From Candidatus Bipolaricaulota bacterium (GTDB lineage: Bacteria; Bipolaricaulota; Bipolaricaulia; UBA7950; UBA9294): a DNA stretch of 64,000 nucleotides. The notes below the pieces were generated by a model that was not told the origin of the DNA, did not search any database, and saw nothing but the letters and a program-made list of their open reading frames with translations. Of the stretch, positions 51,692 to 60,212 are shown one piece after another. The DNA lies in assembly GCA_040752575.1 (NCBI GenBank), contig JBFMGK010000003.1:115794-179793 (forward strand). The letters are read 5' to 3'. Position 1 is the stretch's first letter, and every line of letters starts with the position of its first letter. The position numbers and the translations under genes are program-made.

Positions 51692-53068
51692 ATGCTGCGA
51701 AGAGTCCCGCTCTCCCTAAAGCTGGGCGCGGCGTTCTTCGGGATGATCGTTCTGTCAGTTGCCGTCGTCTACTTCCTCACAGCGAGTTCCGTATCCCAGA
51801 GATTTGACGAGTACCGACGAGAGAAGCAGGCGGAGTTCACCGAGTCGGTACGCTCCCTCTGCATCTGGTATTGGCGGCAGTTCGGGTCGTGGGTCGGCGT
51901 CGACCAGATCTTCTACCATCGCGTGACCGTGCGCATCGGCGAGGAGGTCTTCGAGGGCGTATCGCCGAACTACAAGGGCCGTTTCTCTCTCGCGACCGCC
52001 GACGGCCGGATCTTTCTGACCACGGAGCGAGATGCCGTGGGAACGACGCTATCCCCCAGCGAGCTCGAACGCTCCGTTCCGATCGTCGTCGACGGCGAGG
52101 TCAAGGGGACTCTCTTTCCGGTGAGCGTGGCTCCCGATCTGGATCCCCAGGAGGCAACGTTCCTGGCCTCGGCGAAGAAGTCGGCGCTGATCGGCGGGGG
52201 CATCGCGGCGACGGTGGCGTTCGCCCTCTCGATTCTCCTGATCGCGCAGATCCTGTCGCCTCTCCGCGTCCTGACGCGCGCTACGGAGAGCGTCGCCCGC
52301 GGCGAGCTTCCGACCGAAGTCTCCATTCGCTCTCGCGATGAACTCGGCCGGCTGGGCGAGTCCTTCTCACGGATGGTGGAGAACCTTCGCCGTTCCGAAC
52401 GGCTTCGGCAGACCATGACGGCTGACATTGCCCACGAGATCCGCACGCCGGTCACGATCATTCAAGGGACTCTGGAGGCCATCCTGGATGGTGTCTACGA
52501 GCCGGCGCCCGAGACGATCGCGCCGATCTACGAGGAGACCCTCCATCTGGGGCGGCTCATCGACGATCTACGCGATCTCGCCCTTGCCGAAGCCGGGGAG
52601 CTGCGCCTCAACCGGGAGATGATCGATGTCGCCCAGCTCGTTCGACAGGTCGTCGAGGCGGCAGCGCCATCTCTTGAGGGGCTGGCTGCCGTAGACGTTG
52701 TCGTCGAGGGCGATTCCCCTGCGGCACTCATCGATCCCAAGAGATTCCGTCAAGTATTGGCAAACCTCCTTAGCAACGCGCTGCGACACACCCCCGCCGA
52801 GGGGAAGATCACGGTAACCCTTCAACACAGCGCCGCCGAATTTGAGTTGTCGGTTGTCGACAGCGGACCCGGCATCGCCCCGGCAGATCTCCCCCATATC
52901 TTTGAGCGGTTCTACCGGGGAGACCCATCGAGGAGCCGCACGGTAGGGGGAAGCGGACTGGGTCTAGCCATCGTCAAACAGTGGGTCGAGGCGCATGGCG
53001 GCCGCATCCGCGCCGAGAACGCGGGGAGCGGCGGAGCCAAGTTCACGCTCCACATGCCCCTGGGTTGA
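51692..53068 (+). CDS. Sensor histidine kinase (BaeS-like)
   Basis: Two TM helices, HAMP, ADIAHEIRTP, NLLSNA, DSGPGI, FERFYR and GSGLGLAI. Confidence 0.96.
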   Translation: MLRRVPLSLKLGAAFFGMIVLSVAVVYFLTASSVSQRFDEYRREKQAEFTESVRSLCIWYWRQFGSWVGVDQIFYHRVTVRIGEEVFEGVSPNYKGRFSLATADGRIFLTTERDAVGTTLSPSELERSVPIVVDGEVKGTLFPVSVAPDLDPQEATFLASAKKSALIGGGIAATVAFALSILLIAQILSPLRVLTRATESVARGELPTEVSIRSRDELGRLGESFSRMVENLRRSERLRQTMTADIAHEIRTPVTIIQGTLEAILDGVYEPAPETIAPIYEETLHLGRLIDDLRDLALAEAGELRLNREMIDVAQLVRQVVEAAAPSLEGLAAVDVVVEGDSPAALIDPKRFRQVLANLLSNALRHTPAEGKITVTLQHSAAEFELSVVDSGPGIAPADLPHIFERFYRGDPSRSRTVGGSGLGLAIVKQWVEAHGGRIRAENAGSGGAKFTLHMPLG

Positions 53069-53099
53069 AACGGGCTTGGGAAAACGGCTAGCATGAAGC

Positions 53100-53573
53100 A
53101 TGCGCACGTTCCACAATCCCCACTTGGGGGATCTGGAGTTCGACGACGTGGTCGCCGAACTCGTTTCGCAGATGAGGTCGAACCCGAAGGATCGGTTCGA
53201 GATCCTCATCGGGACGGATTCCTCTGCGTCGCCGGATCGACTCGACTTCGTCAGTGCGATCGTCCTCCATCGGCTTGGAAAGGGAGGGCGTTACTTCTGG
53301 ACGCGGCACCGCGAACCGACCATGCCTTCCCTGCGACAGCGCATCTGGCGCGAAGCTTGGCTGTCGTTCGAACTGGCGCAAGAGCTCATTGAACGTCTGT
53401 CGTCGTTGTCGCTCCTCCAGTTCAACCTTGAGATTCACGTCGACATCGGAGAGAACGGTCGGACGAAGGAAATGATCGACGAGGTCGTCGGGATGATCAT
53501 CGGCAACGGACTCCGCGTGAAGATCAAGCCGCACGCCTACGCCGCCACTTCGGTCGCCGACAAGCACACCTAG
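53100..53573 (+). CDS. RNase H-like YkuK family protein (DUF458)
   Basis: IGTDS, HRLGKGGRYF, EIHVDIG.NG.T and IKP.AYAA..VADK motifs. Confidence 0.88.
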   Translation: MRTFHNPHLGDLEFDDVVAELVSQMRSNPKDRFEILIGTDSSASPDRLDFVSAIVLHRLGKGGRYFWTRHREPTMPSLRQRIWREAWLSFELAQELIERLSSLSLLQFNLEIHVDIGENGRTKEMIDEVVGMIIGNGLRVKIKPHAYAATSVADKHT

Positions 53574-54400
53574 CGCTCGCGGTGCGCCGCGTCGTACGCG
53601 CGGTTCCGCGCGATCCCCAGAGCCCTGAGAAGACGCTCTTGGACTCGCTTCGGAACGCCCTCCTCGCGGGCGATGTCGACGAAAGAAGCGAGCATCCCCT
53701 CGTCGGGGTCCTCCGGCCCGACGGAGCATCCTGCAATGATCAGGACGATCTCCCCGCGCACATCGCCGCGCGCGGACAACGACTGCCGGATTTCGGCCGC
53801 CGTGCCGCGGAGGAACTCCTCGTGCAATTTCGTCAATTCCCGCGCGACGACAACTGCTCGGTCCGGCAGCACGCGAGCGAGCAGGTCCAGTGTCTCGAGC
53901 AGCCGATGGGGTGATTCATACGCCACGGTCGTGCGCGGCTCGCGGCCAAGGCTCACGAAGAGCGCCTCCCGAAGTCCCCGCTTGCGTGGCAGGGAGCCCT
54001 CGAACGCGAAGCGATCCGGTGGGAGCCCCGACGAGACGAGGGCGGCAAGGGCTGCGCAGGCCCCCGGAACCGGCGAGACCTCGATGCCTGCCCGTAGGGC
54101 TGCGCGCACGAGCGGGTACCCCGGGTCGCTCATCAGGGGCGTCCCGGCATCACTCACCAGAGCGATCTGCCGACCCTCGACCAGGCGGCGTACGATGTCG
54201 TCGATGCGGCTGTCCTCGCTTCCCTCGTAGAGACTCGAGTAAAAGGGAGTGTGGATCTCGTAGTGGTTGAGGAGGGGGCGCGTCGTTCGCGTGTCCTCGG
54301 CGACAATGGCGTCCACGGTTCGAAGGACTTCCAGCGCACGAAGCGTGACGTCGGCGAGGTTGCCGATAGGAAGCGACACGATGTACAGACGTCCTGTCAT
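53570..54400 (-). CDS. rsmI: 16S rRNA (cytidine1402-2'-O)-methyltransferase
   Basis: GRLYIVSLPIGNL.D, AEDTR, VSDAGTP..SDPG, YESPHR and ARELTK.HEE motifs. Confidence 0.95.
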   Translation of the reverse strand: MTGRLYIVSLPIGNLADVTLRALEVLRTVDAIVAEDTRTTRPLLNHYEIHTPFYSSLYEGSEDSRIDDIVRRLVEGRQIALVSDAGTPLMSDPGYPLVRAALRAGIEVSPVPGACAALAALVSSGLPPDRFAFEGSLPRKRGLREALFVSLGREPRTTVAYESPHRLLETLDLLARVLPDRAVVVARELTKLHEEFLRGTAAEIRQSLSARGDVRGEIVLIIAGCSVGPEDPDEGMLASFVDIAREEGVPKRVQERLLRALGIARNRAYDAAHRER

Positions 54401-54591
54401 GACCCGCTGCGACGCGTCCCGCGCCGCAGACGTCCTCCTTGGCGGGACTCTAGAGGATCGGGCCGGAACACACAACTCGTCGGGTGCGGCGACGGGCCGT
54501 TGACATCGACCAGAGGTTCGCGGTAGCCTCTAGATGCTCCGGGAAGAGGCGCCCTCCGTCGGGGGTCGTTGGGCGCGGGAGGATGGTCCCG

Positions 54592-55533
54592 ATGAACGGC
54601 TCGTCTCTTGTCCTGGCGCTGGTCCTTGTTGGTGCTCTCTTGGGAGCCCTCTTCTTTCTCACCCCGCCACCGGTCGTTCCCGTGGAGACCACGGGCGGTT
54701 CTCTCGAGTCCACGGTCGCTGCGGCCACGCCATCTAGCGATGCGCTGCGCGTCGACGTTGGGCCGGATCAGGTGATCGAGGAGAGGACATCGATTCGGCT
54801 CGTTGGCGTGGTTGCCGGTGCGGTCGAACCTGTATCCGTTGCCTGGACGGCGGACGGCGGACTTGGCTCGTTCAGCGATCCGCTGCGTCTCGAGACGTCG
54901 TACACCGCAGCGTCAGCGTGTGGATGCGACGACTGCGTCACGGTCACCTTGGCCGTCGTCGACGCGCAAGGACGCACCGCTCGCGACCATCTCGTCATCT
55001 CGATTCGGGACGAGTTGGCCTGCCCGCAGCCGGCTCCCGTCTGCCGATGTGTAGAACCGGACCCGTGTGCCCCTGCGCCGCGGTCGCGTTGCCCGGAACC
55101 CGTTGTGGCTTGCGCGTCGCCGTGCATCACCCGTGCCGCGGTTCCCACCTGCAACGAGGTCCCGGTGCCCTGCTCGTGCAATGCCTGCGGACCCACGTGG
55201 AGCCCCGTCTGGCCTGCGGGTTCCGAACCCGCCCCGCAGAACAGGCCCCAGGGACAGATCGTCTCCCACGTCGACGTCCGGGTTCGCGAGGGTGGAGCCG
55301 TCCCCCTCGTCGCCGTCGTGCGCAACCCGGGGTGCGTCTCGGTGTGTTTCACGTGGTCGGCTTCGCGAGGGACGTTCGAGGGTGCCGACACCCTGACACC
55401 GGTCTACCGCGCACCACAGATCGACCGCCCCGGCGGCGAAGACGTGACGGTCACGTTCGTCGTACGAGACGCGTGGGGAAGCCGCTCGATCGACCAGCTG
55501 CGGCTGCGCATTCTTGACACGAGTTCGCCCTAG
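54592..55533 (+). CDS. Membrane-anchored Cys/Pro-rich protein with two PKD-like domains
   Basis: N-terminal TM and two W...G.F.......Y.A units flanking a Cys-rich linker. Confidence 0.65.
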   Translation: MNGSSLVLALVLVGALLGALFFLTPPPVVPVETTGGSLESTVAAATPSSDALRVDVGPDQVIEERTSIRLVGVVAGAVEPVSVAWTADGGLGSFSDPLRLETSYTAASACGCDDCVTVTLAVVDAQGRTARDHLVISIRDELACPQPAPVCRCVEPDPCAPAPRSRCPEPVVACASPCITRAAVPTCNEVPVPCSCNACGPTWSPVWPAGSEPAPQNRPQGQIVSHVDVRVREGGAVPLVAVVRNPGCVSVCFTWSASRGTFEGADTLTPVYRAPQIDRPGGEDVTVTFVVRDAWGSRSIDQLRLRILDTSSP

Positions 55534-55856
55534 TCTCGCGGTCGTAGATCCTGTACGGCGAGTGAACCCAATGCTGCGCGGAAGGGGTAGAGGCGTGCTC
55601 GAAACACACCCGCCTCGACGGCGGGATCCCTCAGCATCGTGGACTGCGCCTCGCGTTCCGAACCGGCAACAAAGAGCACGATGCCGAACGTATCGTCCGT
55701 CTCTCCTTCTGTGCGGCCCGCGAGAAGAACGATTCCGCGCTCGGTTAGCGTGCGCAAGTACTGGAAGTGGAGTTCGACGGCCTCTGCCTCGCCTGCGTTC
55801 GGAGCTGCAAGGAAGCCTCTTCGCGCGGGCTCGATGACGTAGAGGAACTGCGGCAT
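55530..55856 (-). CDS. YciI family protein
   Basis: H..YL..L...G...LAGRT and DPAV..G motifs. Confidence 0.85.
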   Translation of the reverse strand: MPQFLYVIEPARRGFLAAPNAGEAEAVELHFQYLRTLTERGIVLLAGRTEGETDDTFGIVLFVAGSEREAQSTMLRDPAVEAGVFRARLYPFRAALGSLAVQDLRPRD

Positions 55857-55865
55857 GGAGAGATC

Positions 55866-56117
55866 CTATGAGTCGACCCGCTCGACGACGATGCTGCACT
55901 CGGTCAGCAGAGCGGCGAGAGCGCCCAGCGCGGCGAGCGTCGGCAACAAGACCGCGCCGACCAGCCCGAGGGTGAGCGGGACCTCCATGAGGACGCGACC
56001 CTCCTTGTTCTTGATCGTGATGCGCCGGATGTTTCCCTGGTGAACGAGTTCCTTGACCGTTCTGACCAGATCCTCGCCCTGGACGTTCAACTCCTCCGTT
56101 CGCCGCTCTTCGCTCAT
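55866..56117 (-). CDS. DUF4342-like small protein
   Basis: VKELVHQGNIRRITIK...LMEVPLT.G.VG...P.LAALG..AALLT.C.I.VER. Start taken at MSEERR after GAGGAG. Confidence 0.8.
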   Translation of the reverse strand: MSEERRTEELNVQGEDLVRTVKELVHQGNIRRITIKNKEGRVLMEVPLTLGLVGAVLLPTLAALGALAALLTECSIVVERVDS

Positions 56118-56362
56118 GAGCTTCTCCTCGCGCATCGTAGATCCCGGAGGTTGCGTCGTCCAAGCGACAACGCGACCTCTGGGCAGGCCGGATCGTCCAG
56201 CGACATCCCACCGCGCCGACGGGCAACCGGATCCGACGTTCGCCTAGCCGCAACACGGCGATCGTAAGGAAGCGCATGAAGGACGTCAACGGAGGGAGAG
56301 CTTGTGGATCCGCGCCGCGGGATCTATAAACACGGGGCACTCGCGAGGGTGCGAGGAGTGTG

Positions 56363-57461
56363 ATGTTTCAAGAAAGGATCGACGACCTTCGGCAGAGCCT
56401 TGCGAAGATCGGTGAGCACCTTTGACCGAGCCGTCCTCGAGCGCGACATCGCGACGTACGAAGAGGAGATGACGCAGCCGGGCTTCTGGGATCGGCGAGA
56501 GCGCGCGACCGAAGTTGCGCGCGCCGCCGAGCACAAGAAGGCCATCCTCCTTCGATGGGATCGGGCGCTGGCAGAACTCAACGACCTCGAGCTTCTCCAC
56601 GGGATGGCGCTTGAGGCGGCAGACTCCGGCGAGCTCTCGGCCGTTGGCTCTCGCCTCACTTCGCTCGAAACCTCGCTGCGGCAATTTCGGATCGAACTGA
56701 TGTTCTCTGGCGAGCACGACAGCTCCGACGCGTACTTGTCGATCAACGCAGGCGCGGGCGGAACCGACTCCCAGGACTGGGCGGAGATGATCCTGCGCAT
56801 GTACGGCCGCTTCTGCGAGCGACTGGGGTTCTCGGCGTCTCTGCTGGAGGCAAGTCCAGGCGATACGGCCGGCTTGCGCAGTGCGACCCTCGAGGTCAAA
56901 GGCTCCTACGCCTTCGGCCACCTACGGTGCGAGTCGGGCGTCCATCGTCTCGTCCGGCTCTCGCCGTTCGACGCGGCGCACCGGCGTCACACCTCGTTCT
57001 GTGCCGTGTCCGTCGCACCGGCCCTCCGCGAGGCGACGCTCGAGATCGACCCCAAAGACCTCCGTGTGGACACCTATCGCTCGTCGGGAGCCGGAGGCCA
57101 ACACGTCAACGTCACGGACTCCGCCGTCCGAATCACGCATCTGCCGACCGGCGTCGTGGTCTCGTGCCAGAACGAGCGAAGTCAGCTTCAGAATAGGGCT
57201 ACGGCCATGCGCGTGCTCCACGCGAGGCTCTCGGAACTCCTTCGGCGCGAGCGCGCCGAGAAGCTCGACGAGCTTCGCGGCGAGCTGCGGGAGATCGAGT
57301 GGGGAAGCCAGATTCGGTCGTACGTTCTTCACCCCTATCAGCTGGTGAAGGATCATCGGACGGACGTGGAGACCTCCGACGTCGATGGGGTTCTCGACGG
57401 CGACCTCACTCTGTTCATCGAGGCCTACCTGCGGGATCATGCAGCGGAGGAGCGTCCCTAG
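56363..57461 (+). CDS. prfB: Peptide chain release factor 2 (programmed +1 frameshift)
   Basis: ORF1 MFQERIDDLRQSLAKIGEHL ends CTT-TGA-C. The +1 frame continues DRAVLE... with the SPF and GGQ motifs. Confidence 0.96.
56411..56426 (+). promoter_or_regulatory. RF2 autoregulatory frameshift site
   Basis: GGTGAG-CAC-CTT-TGA-C: an internal SD-like element 3 nt before the slippery codon and UGA. Confidence 0.93.
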
Positions 57462-57500
57462 GGTGCGGACGCTGGATCGACGTAGGAATACGACGCGGCG

Positions 57501-57529
57501 TTGCTCGATCCACGATATGCTGCTACAAT
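57501..57529 (+). promoter_or_regulatory. Sigma70-type promoter
   Basis: TTGCTC-17 nt-TACAAT with a TG extension. Confidence 0.6.
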
Positions 57530-57566
57530 AGATCCCGAACCATACCGATACTGAGGGGGACAAGAC

Positions 57567-57740
57567 GTGGCCAAAGAGCTGCTAGATAAGATCTCTATTT
57601 ACGTGCCGAAGAGTAAACTGGATCAGCGACCGGTCGAACGCCTCATGAAGCTTGCCGAGGCCAAGGATCGATCGGTCAACTACCTCGTCGTCGAAGCTAT
57701 TGTGGAGTACTTGGCTCGCGAGGAGAAGCGGAAGAACTAG
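57567..57740 (+). CDS. Ribbon-helix-helix (CopG/Arc-like) protein, 57 aa
   Basis: Not in the ORF track. SD GAGGGGG then GTG. MAKELLDKISIYVPKSKLDQRPVERLMKLAEAKDRSVNYLVVEAIVEYLAREEKRKN. Confidence 0.8.
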   Translation: MAKELLDKISIYVPKSKLDQRPVERLMKLAEAKDRSVNYLVVEAIVEYLAREEKRKN

Positions 57741-58180
57741 ATCTCGGTCTGATCCTCGACACTGCGCTCACGCAGAAGGGCGAGGTAGCCCTGCAGAATG
57801 AGTACGGCCGAGAGGCCGTCTCGTAGGCTCTTGCGCCTCCTTCTTGATACATTGCCTTCGAGGAGCGCGCGTTCTGCCTCGGCTGACGAACCCCGCTCGT
57901 CGAAAACCTCGACGGCAAGGCCTGTCGCAGCGCCGACGCGTTCGGCGAATTCACGCGCTTCCTGTGCCATGGTCCCGTGGGTTCCGTCGGGAAGCAGCGG
58001 CAGGCCGACCACGATCCGCACGACTCCGTGGGCCGACGCGAGCGAGATCAACCGGGCGAGGTCCTCGTCTTCGCTTCTCGATCGTCGGAGCGGCTCAAGA
58101 GGTCTGGCGATCAGCCCGTCTTCGTCGGAGAGCGCAAGGCCATGCCGCCGGCGCCCGTAGTCGATGCCGAGCGTTCTCAC
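57737..58180 (-). CDS. ruvX: YqgF/RuvX Holliday-junction-resolvase-like protein
   Basis: LGIDYG.RR.GLALSD, IVVGLP, DER.SS..AE and D..SA.LILQ.YL motifs. Confidence 0.93.
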   Translation of the reverse strand: MRTLGIDYGRRRHGLALSDEDGLIARPLEPLRRSRSEDEDLARLISLASAHGVVRIVVGLPLLPDGTHGTMAQEAREFAERVGAATGLAVEVFDERGSSAEAERALLEGNVSRRRRKSLRDGLSAVLILQGYLALLRERSVEDQTEI

Positions 58181-58764
58181 GTCCCTCCGCCAAGGATCTC
58201 CAGAGCGCGGCGCACGAGGTCTTCCGCGGCGAGACCTTCGCCCCGCAGGCGGGATAGCGCGTCGCGTGCCTCGCGAACCGAGAAACCGAGCGACCGCGAC
58301 GTCAACGCTCGCAGGGCAATCTCCTCCGCCGGCGAGAGAAAGAGCGAGCCCGCGCGACGTCCGGAGTCCACGATCTTGTCCCGCAGATCGACGAGGATCC
58401 GCTCCGCGGTCTTCCGCCCCACGCCCTTGACCGACATCAGGAGGTCGGCGTCACGGGCAGCGATGACTTCGGCAAGCTTCTCCGGCGGGATCACGGACAG
58501 GATCTGAAGGGCGACCCGAGGGCCGACCTGGCTGACGGTGAGGAGCTTGCGGAAGACGTCGCGCTCCGACTCGTCGGCGAAACCGAACAGCTCGATCGTG
58601 TCTTCGCGGACGAGCAAATGGATGAACACAACGGCCGAGTGCCCTACGTCGAGGGCTCGGAGCGTGACGGCCGAGCAGGAAGCTCGATAGGCAACGCCGC
58701 CCGTGTCGACGACCACCGAGTCCTCCGTCTTGCGCAGGACGTCGCCGCACAAAGAATCGATCAT
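58177..58764 (-). CDS. ruvA: Holliday junction branch migration protein RuvA
   Basis: VVDTGGVAY, VRED...LFGF, VSQVGPRVAL and VKGVGRKTAERILVDLRDK motifs. Confidence 0.95.
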   Translation of the reverse strand: MIDSLCGDVLRKTEDSVVVDTGGVAYRASCSAVTLRALDVGHSAVVFIHLLVREDTIELFGFADESERDVFRKLLTVSQVGPRVALQILSVIPPEKLAEVIAARDADLLMSVKGVGRKTAERILVDLRDKIVDSGRRAGSLFLSPAEEIALRALTSRSLGFSVREARDALSRLRGEGLAAEDLVRRALEILGGGT

Positions 58765-59369
58765 GGGTTCACCTCAACCACGGCGCGGGCCCCGGTCTCG
58801 GCCTCCAGCGCTGCAGCGAACTCGTTTACCCGACTCGGCGCCAACGCGACCGATACGGCGCCGTCCGCATCGTACCGAATCTCGAGGACTCTGGCTCCAT
58901 AGCGGTGCACGAGGCGCAGGACGGCCGCGTTGGCCTCGACGGGGAAGCGGACCCGTACCGCAATCTCAAGCCGGCGCTCGACAATCGTTCCTGCCGAGAT
59001 CGTTTGAGCGACGGCATCGGCGTACGCTCGTGCGAGGCCCCCGACGCCGAGCTTGATCCCTCCGAACACACGCGCCACGACGGCGACGACGTTGAACAAC
59101 TCCGCGCCTTCGAGGACGCGGAGCATCGGCATGCCAGCCGAGCCGGTCGGCTCGCCGGCATCGTCGAGCCGCACGATGTGCTCGGGGGGAGCGAAGACCC
59201 GATAGGCGTAGCAGACGTGCGACACGTCGTGGTGCTCGCGCCGCACGGCGCCGATTTTCTCTGCGGCTTCCGCGGCCGAGGCGACGGGTTCGACGGTACA
59301 CAGGAAACGGGATCGTCTGCGAGTCAACCGCGATGCCGACGGCGCTGCCAGGGTCCGGTACGCGTCCAT
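58761..59369 (-). CDS. yigZ: YigZ/IMPACT family protein
   Basis: RSRF, SHVCYAYR, DDAGEP.GSAG.PML and R.FGGIKLGVGGL.RAY motifs. Confidence 0.9.
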   Translation of the reverse strand: MDAYRTLAAPSASRLTRRRSRFLCTVEPVASAAEAAEKIGAVRREHHDVSHVCYAYRVFAPPEHIVRLDDAGEPTGSAGMPMLRVLEGAELFNVVAVVARVFGGIKLGVGGLARAYADAVAQTISAGTIVERRLEIAVRVRFPVEANAAVLRLVHRYGARVLEIRYDADGAVSVALAPSRVNEFAAALEAETGARAVVEVNP

Positions 59370-60124
59370 CACGCGTGGCCAACCAGTTCGACGTCTTGCT
59401 CGTCGTGCCACGCCGAGATCGCGGCCAAGGCGTTTTGGATTGGCTTTGCCTCGCCTCGCAAGAGGAGAGAGACCGAGCCTCGACCCGGGCCGACGCCGCC
59501 CGAGGCGATGTGGAGGGATTCGACTCCGAAGAGGAGGTCGAGCGCTTCGATCTCCGTCACGATCCACCCGTGGAGAGGGAAAAGGCCGCAGGAAAGGCCT
59601 TGGTGCGGCTCCGTGCGCCCCGAGCCCATCTCCAGGGAGAGGTCCGCGACCGACGCGTGAACGGACTTCGAGACGCTGATGGGAATCACGAGGTCGGCGC
59701 CGCGGGCCACGGCCGCGGGGATATAGGTTCCAACCGTCCCGCCGCTTGCGGAAGCGAGCAAGACGCCGACGGTTCCCCATGGGTCGAGGGCGTTGCCTCC
59801 CTTGATGACCACGTCGCCCGCCTGCAGCCTCTGAACGACCGCCTCGGGCTCGGCATCGATGCGTCGGCCCTTCTCGAGAAGGATGTCCGTCATCTCACGG
59901 AACCGCGCGTTGAGATTCCATCGGTCATCGATGAACCCCGCGGCGAACGCCGCGCGGTCGATCGGCTCTCCCAGGAGTTCCTCCGCCACGAACGCGTTCG
60001 TCGTCCCACGCGTGATGACGACTCGGCCCTCGGACATGGCTTGGTGCACCTTAGGGTGTGCTGCGACACCCCTGGCGATGAGACGCTTGGACGCGGCGGA
60101 CGAGAGCACAACGGACGCATTCAT
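59369..60124 (-). CDS. Conserved hypothetical protein
   Basis: SKRLIARGV, GTTNAFVAEEL, IKGGNALD and GGT.G motifs. Stop abuts the yigZ start. Confidence 0.75.
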   Translation of the reverse strand: MNASVVLSSAASKRLIARGVAAHPKVHQAMSEGRVVITRGTTNAFVAEELLGEPIDRAAFAAGFIDDRWNLNARFREMTDILLEKGRRIDAEPEAVVQRLQAGDVVIKGGNALDPWGTVGVLLASASGGTVGTYIPAAVARGADLVIPISVSKSVHASVADLSLEMGSGRTEPHQGLSCGLFPLHGWIVTEIEALDLLFGVESLHIASGGVGPGRGSVSLLLRGEAKPIQNALAAISAWHDEQDVELVGHA

Positions 60125-60212
60125 CGTGGTCTCCTGTTTGCGAAAGGGTCTGCGGGTATGCTATAAGCACCGACGCAGCAAAGCAAAACCTAGAGACAAG
60201 GTGGTCATCTCG

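Noticed and set aside
56400..57461. prfB as a truncated gene or pseudogene
   Set aside because: The canonical programmed frameshift explains the missing N-terminus.
58177..58764. ruvA without adjacent ruvB
   Set aside because: Split ruvA/ruvB arrangements occur, and ruvB may lie outside the window.
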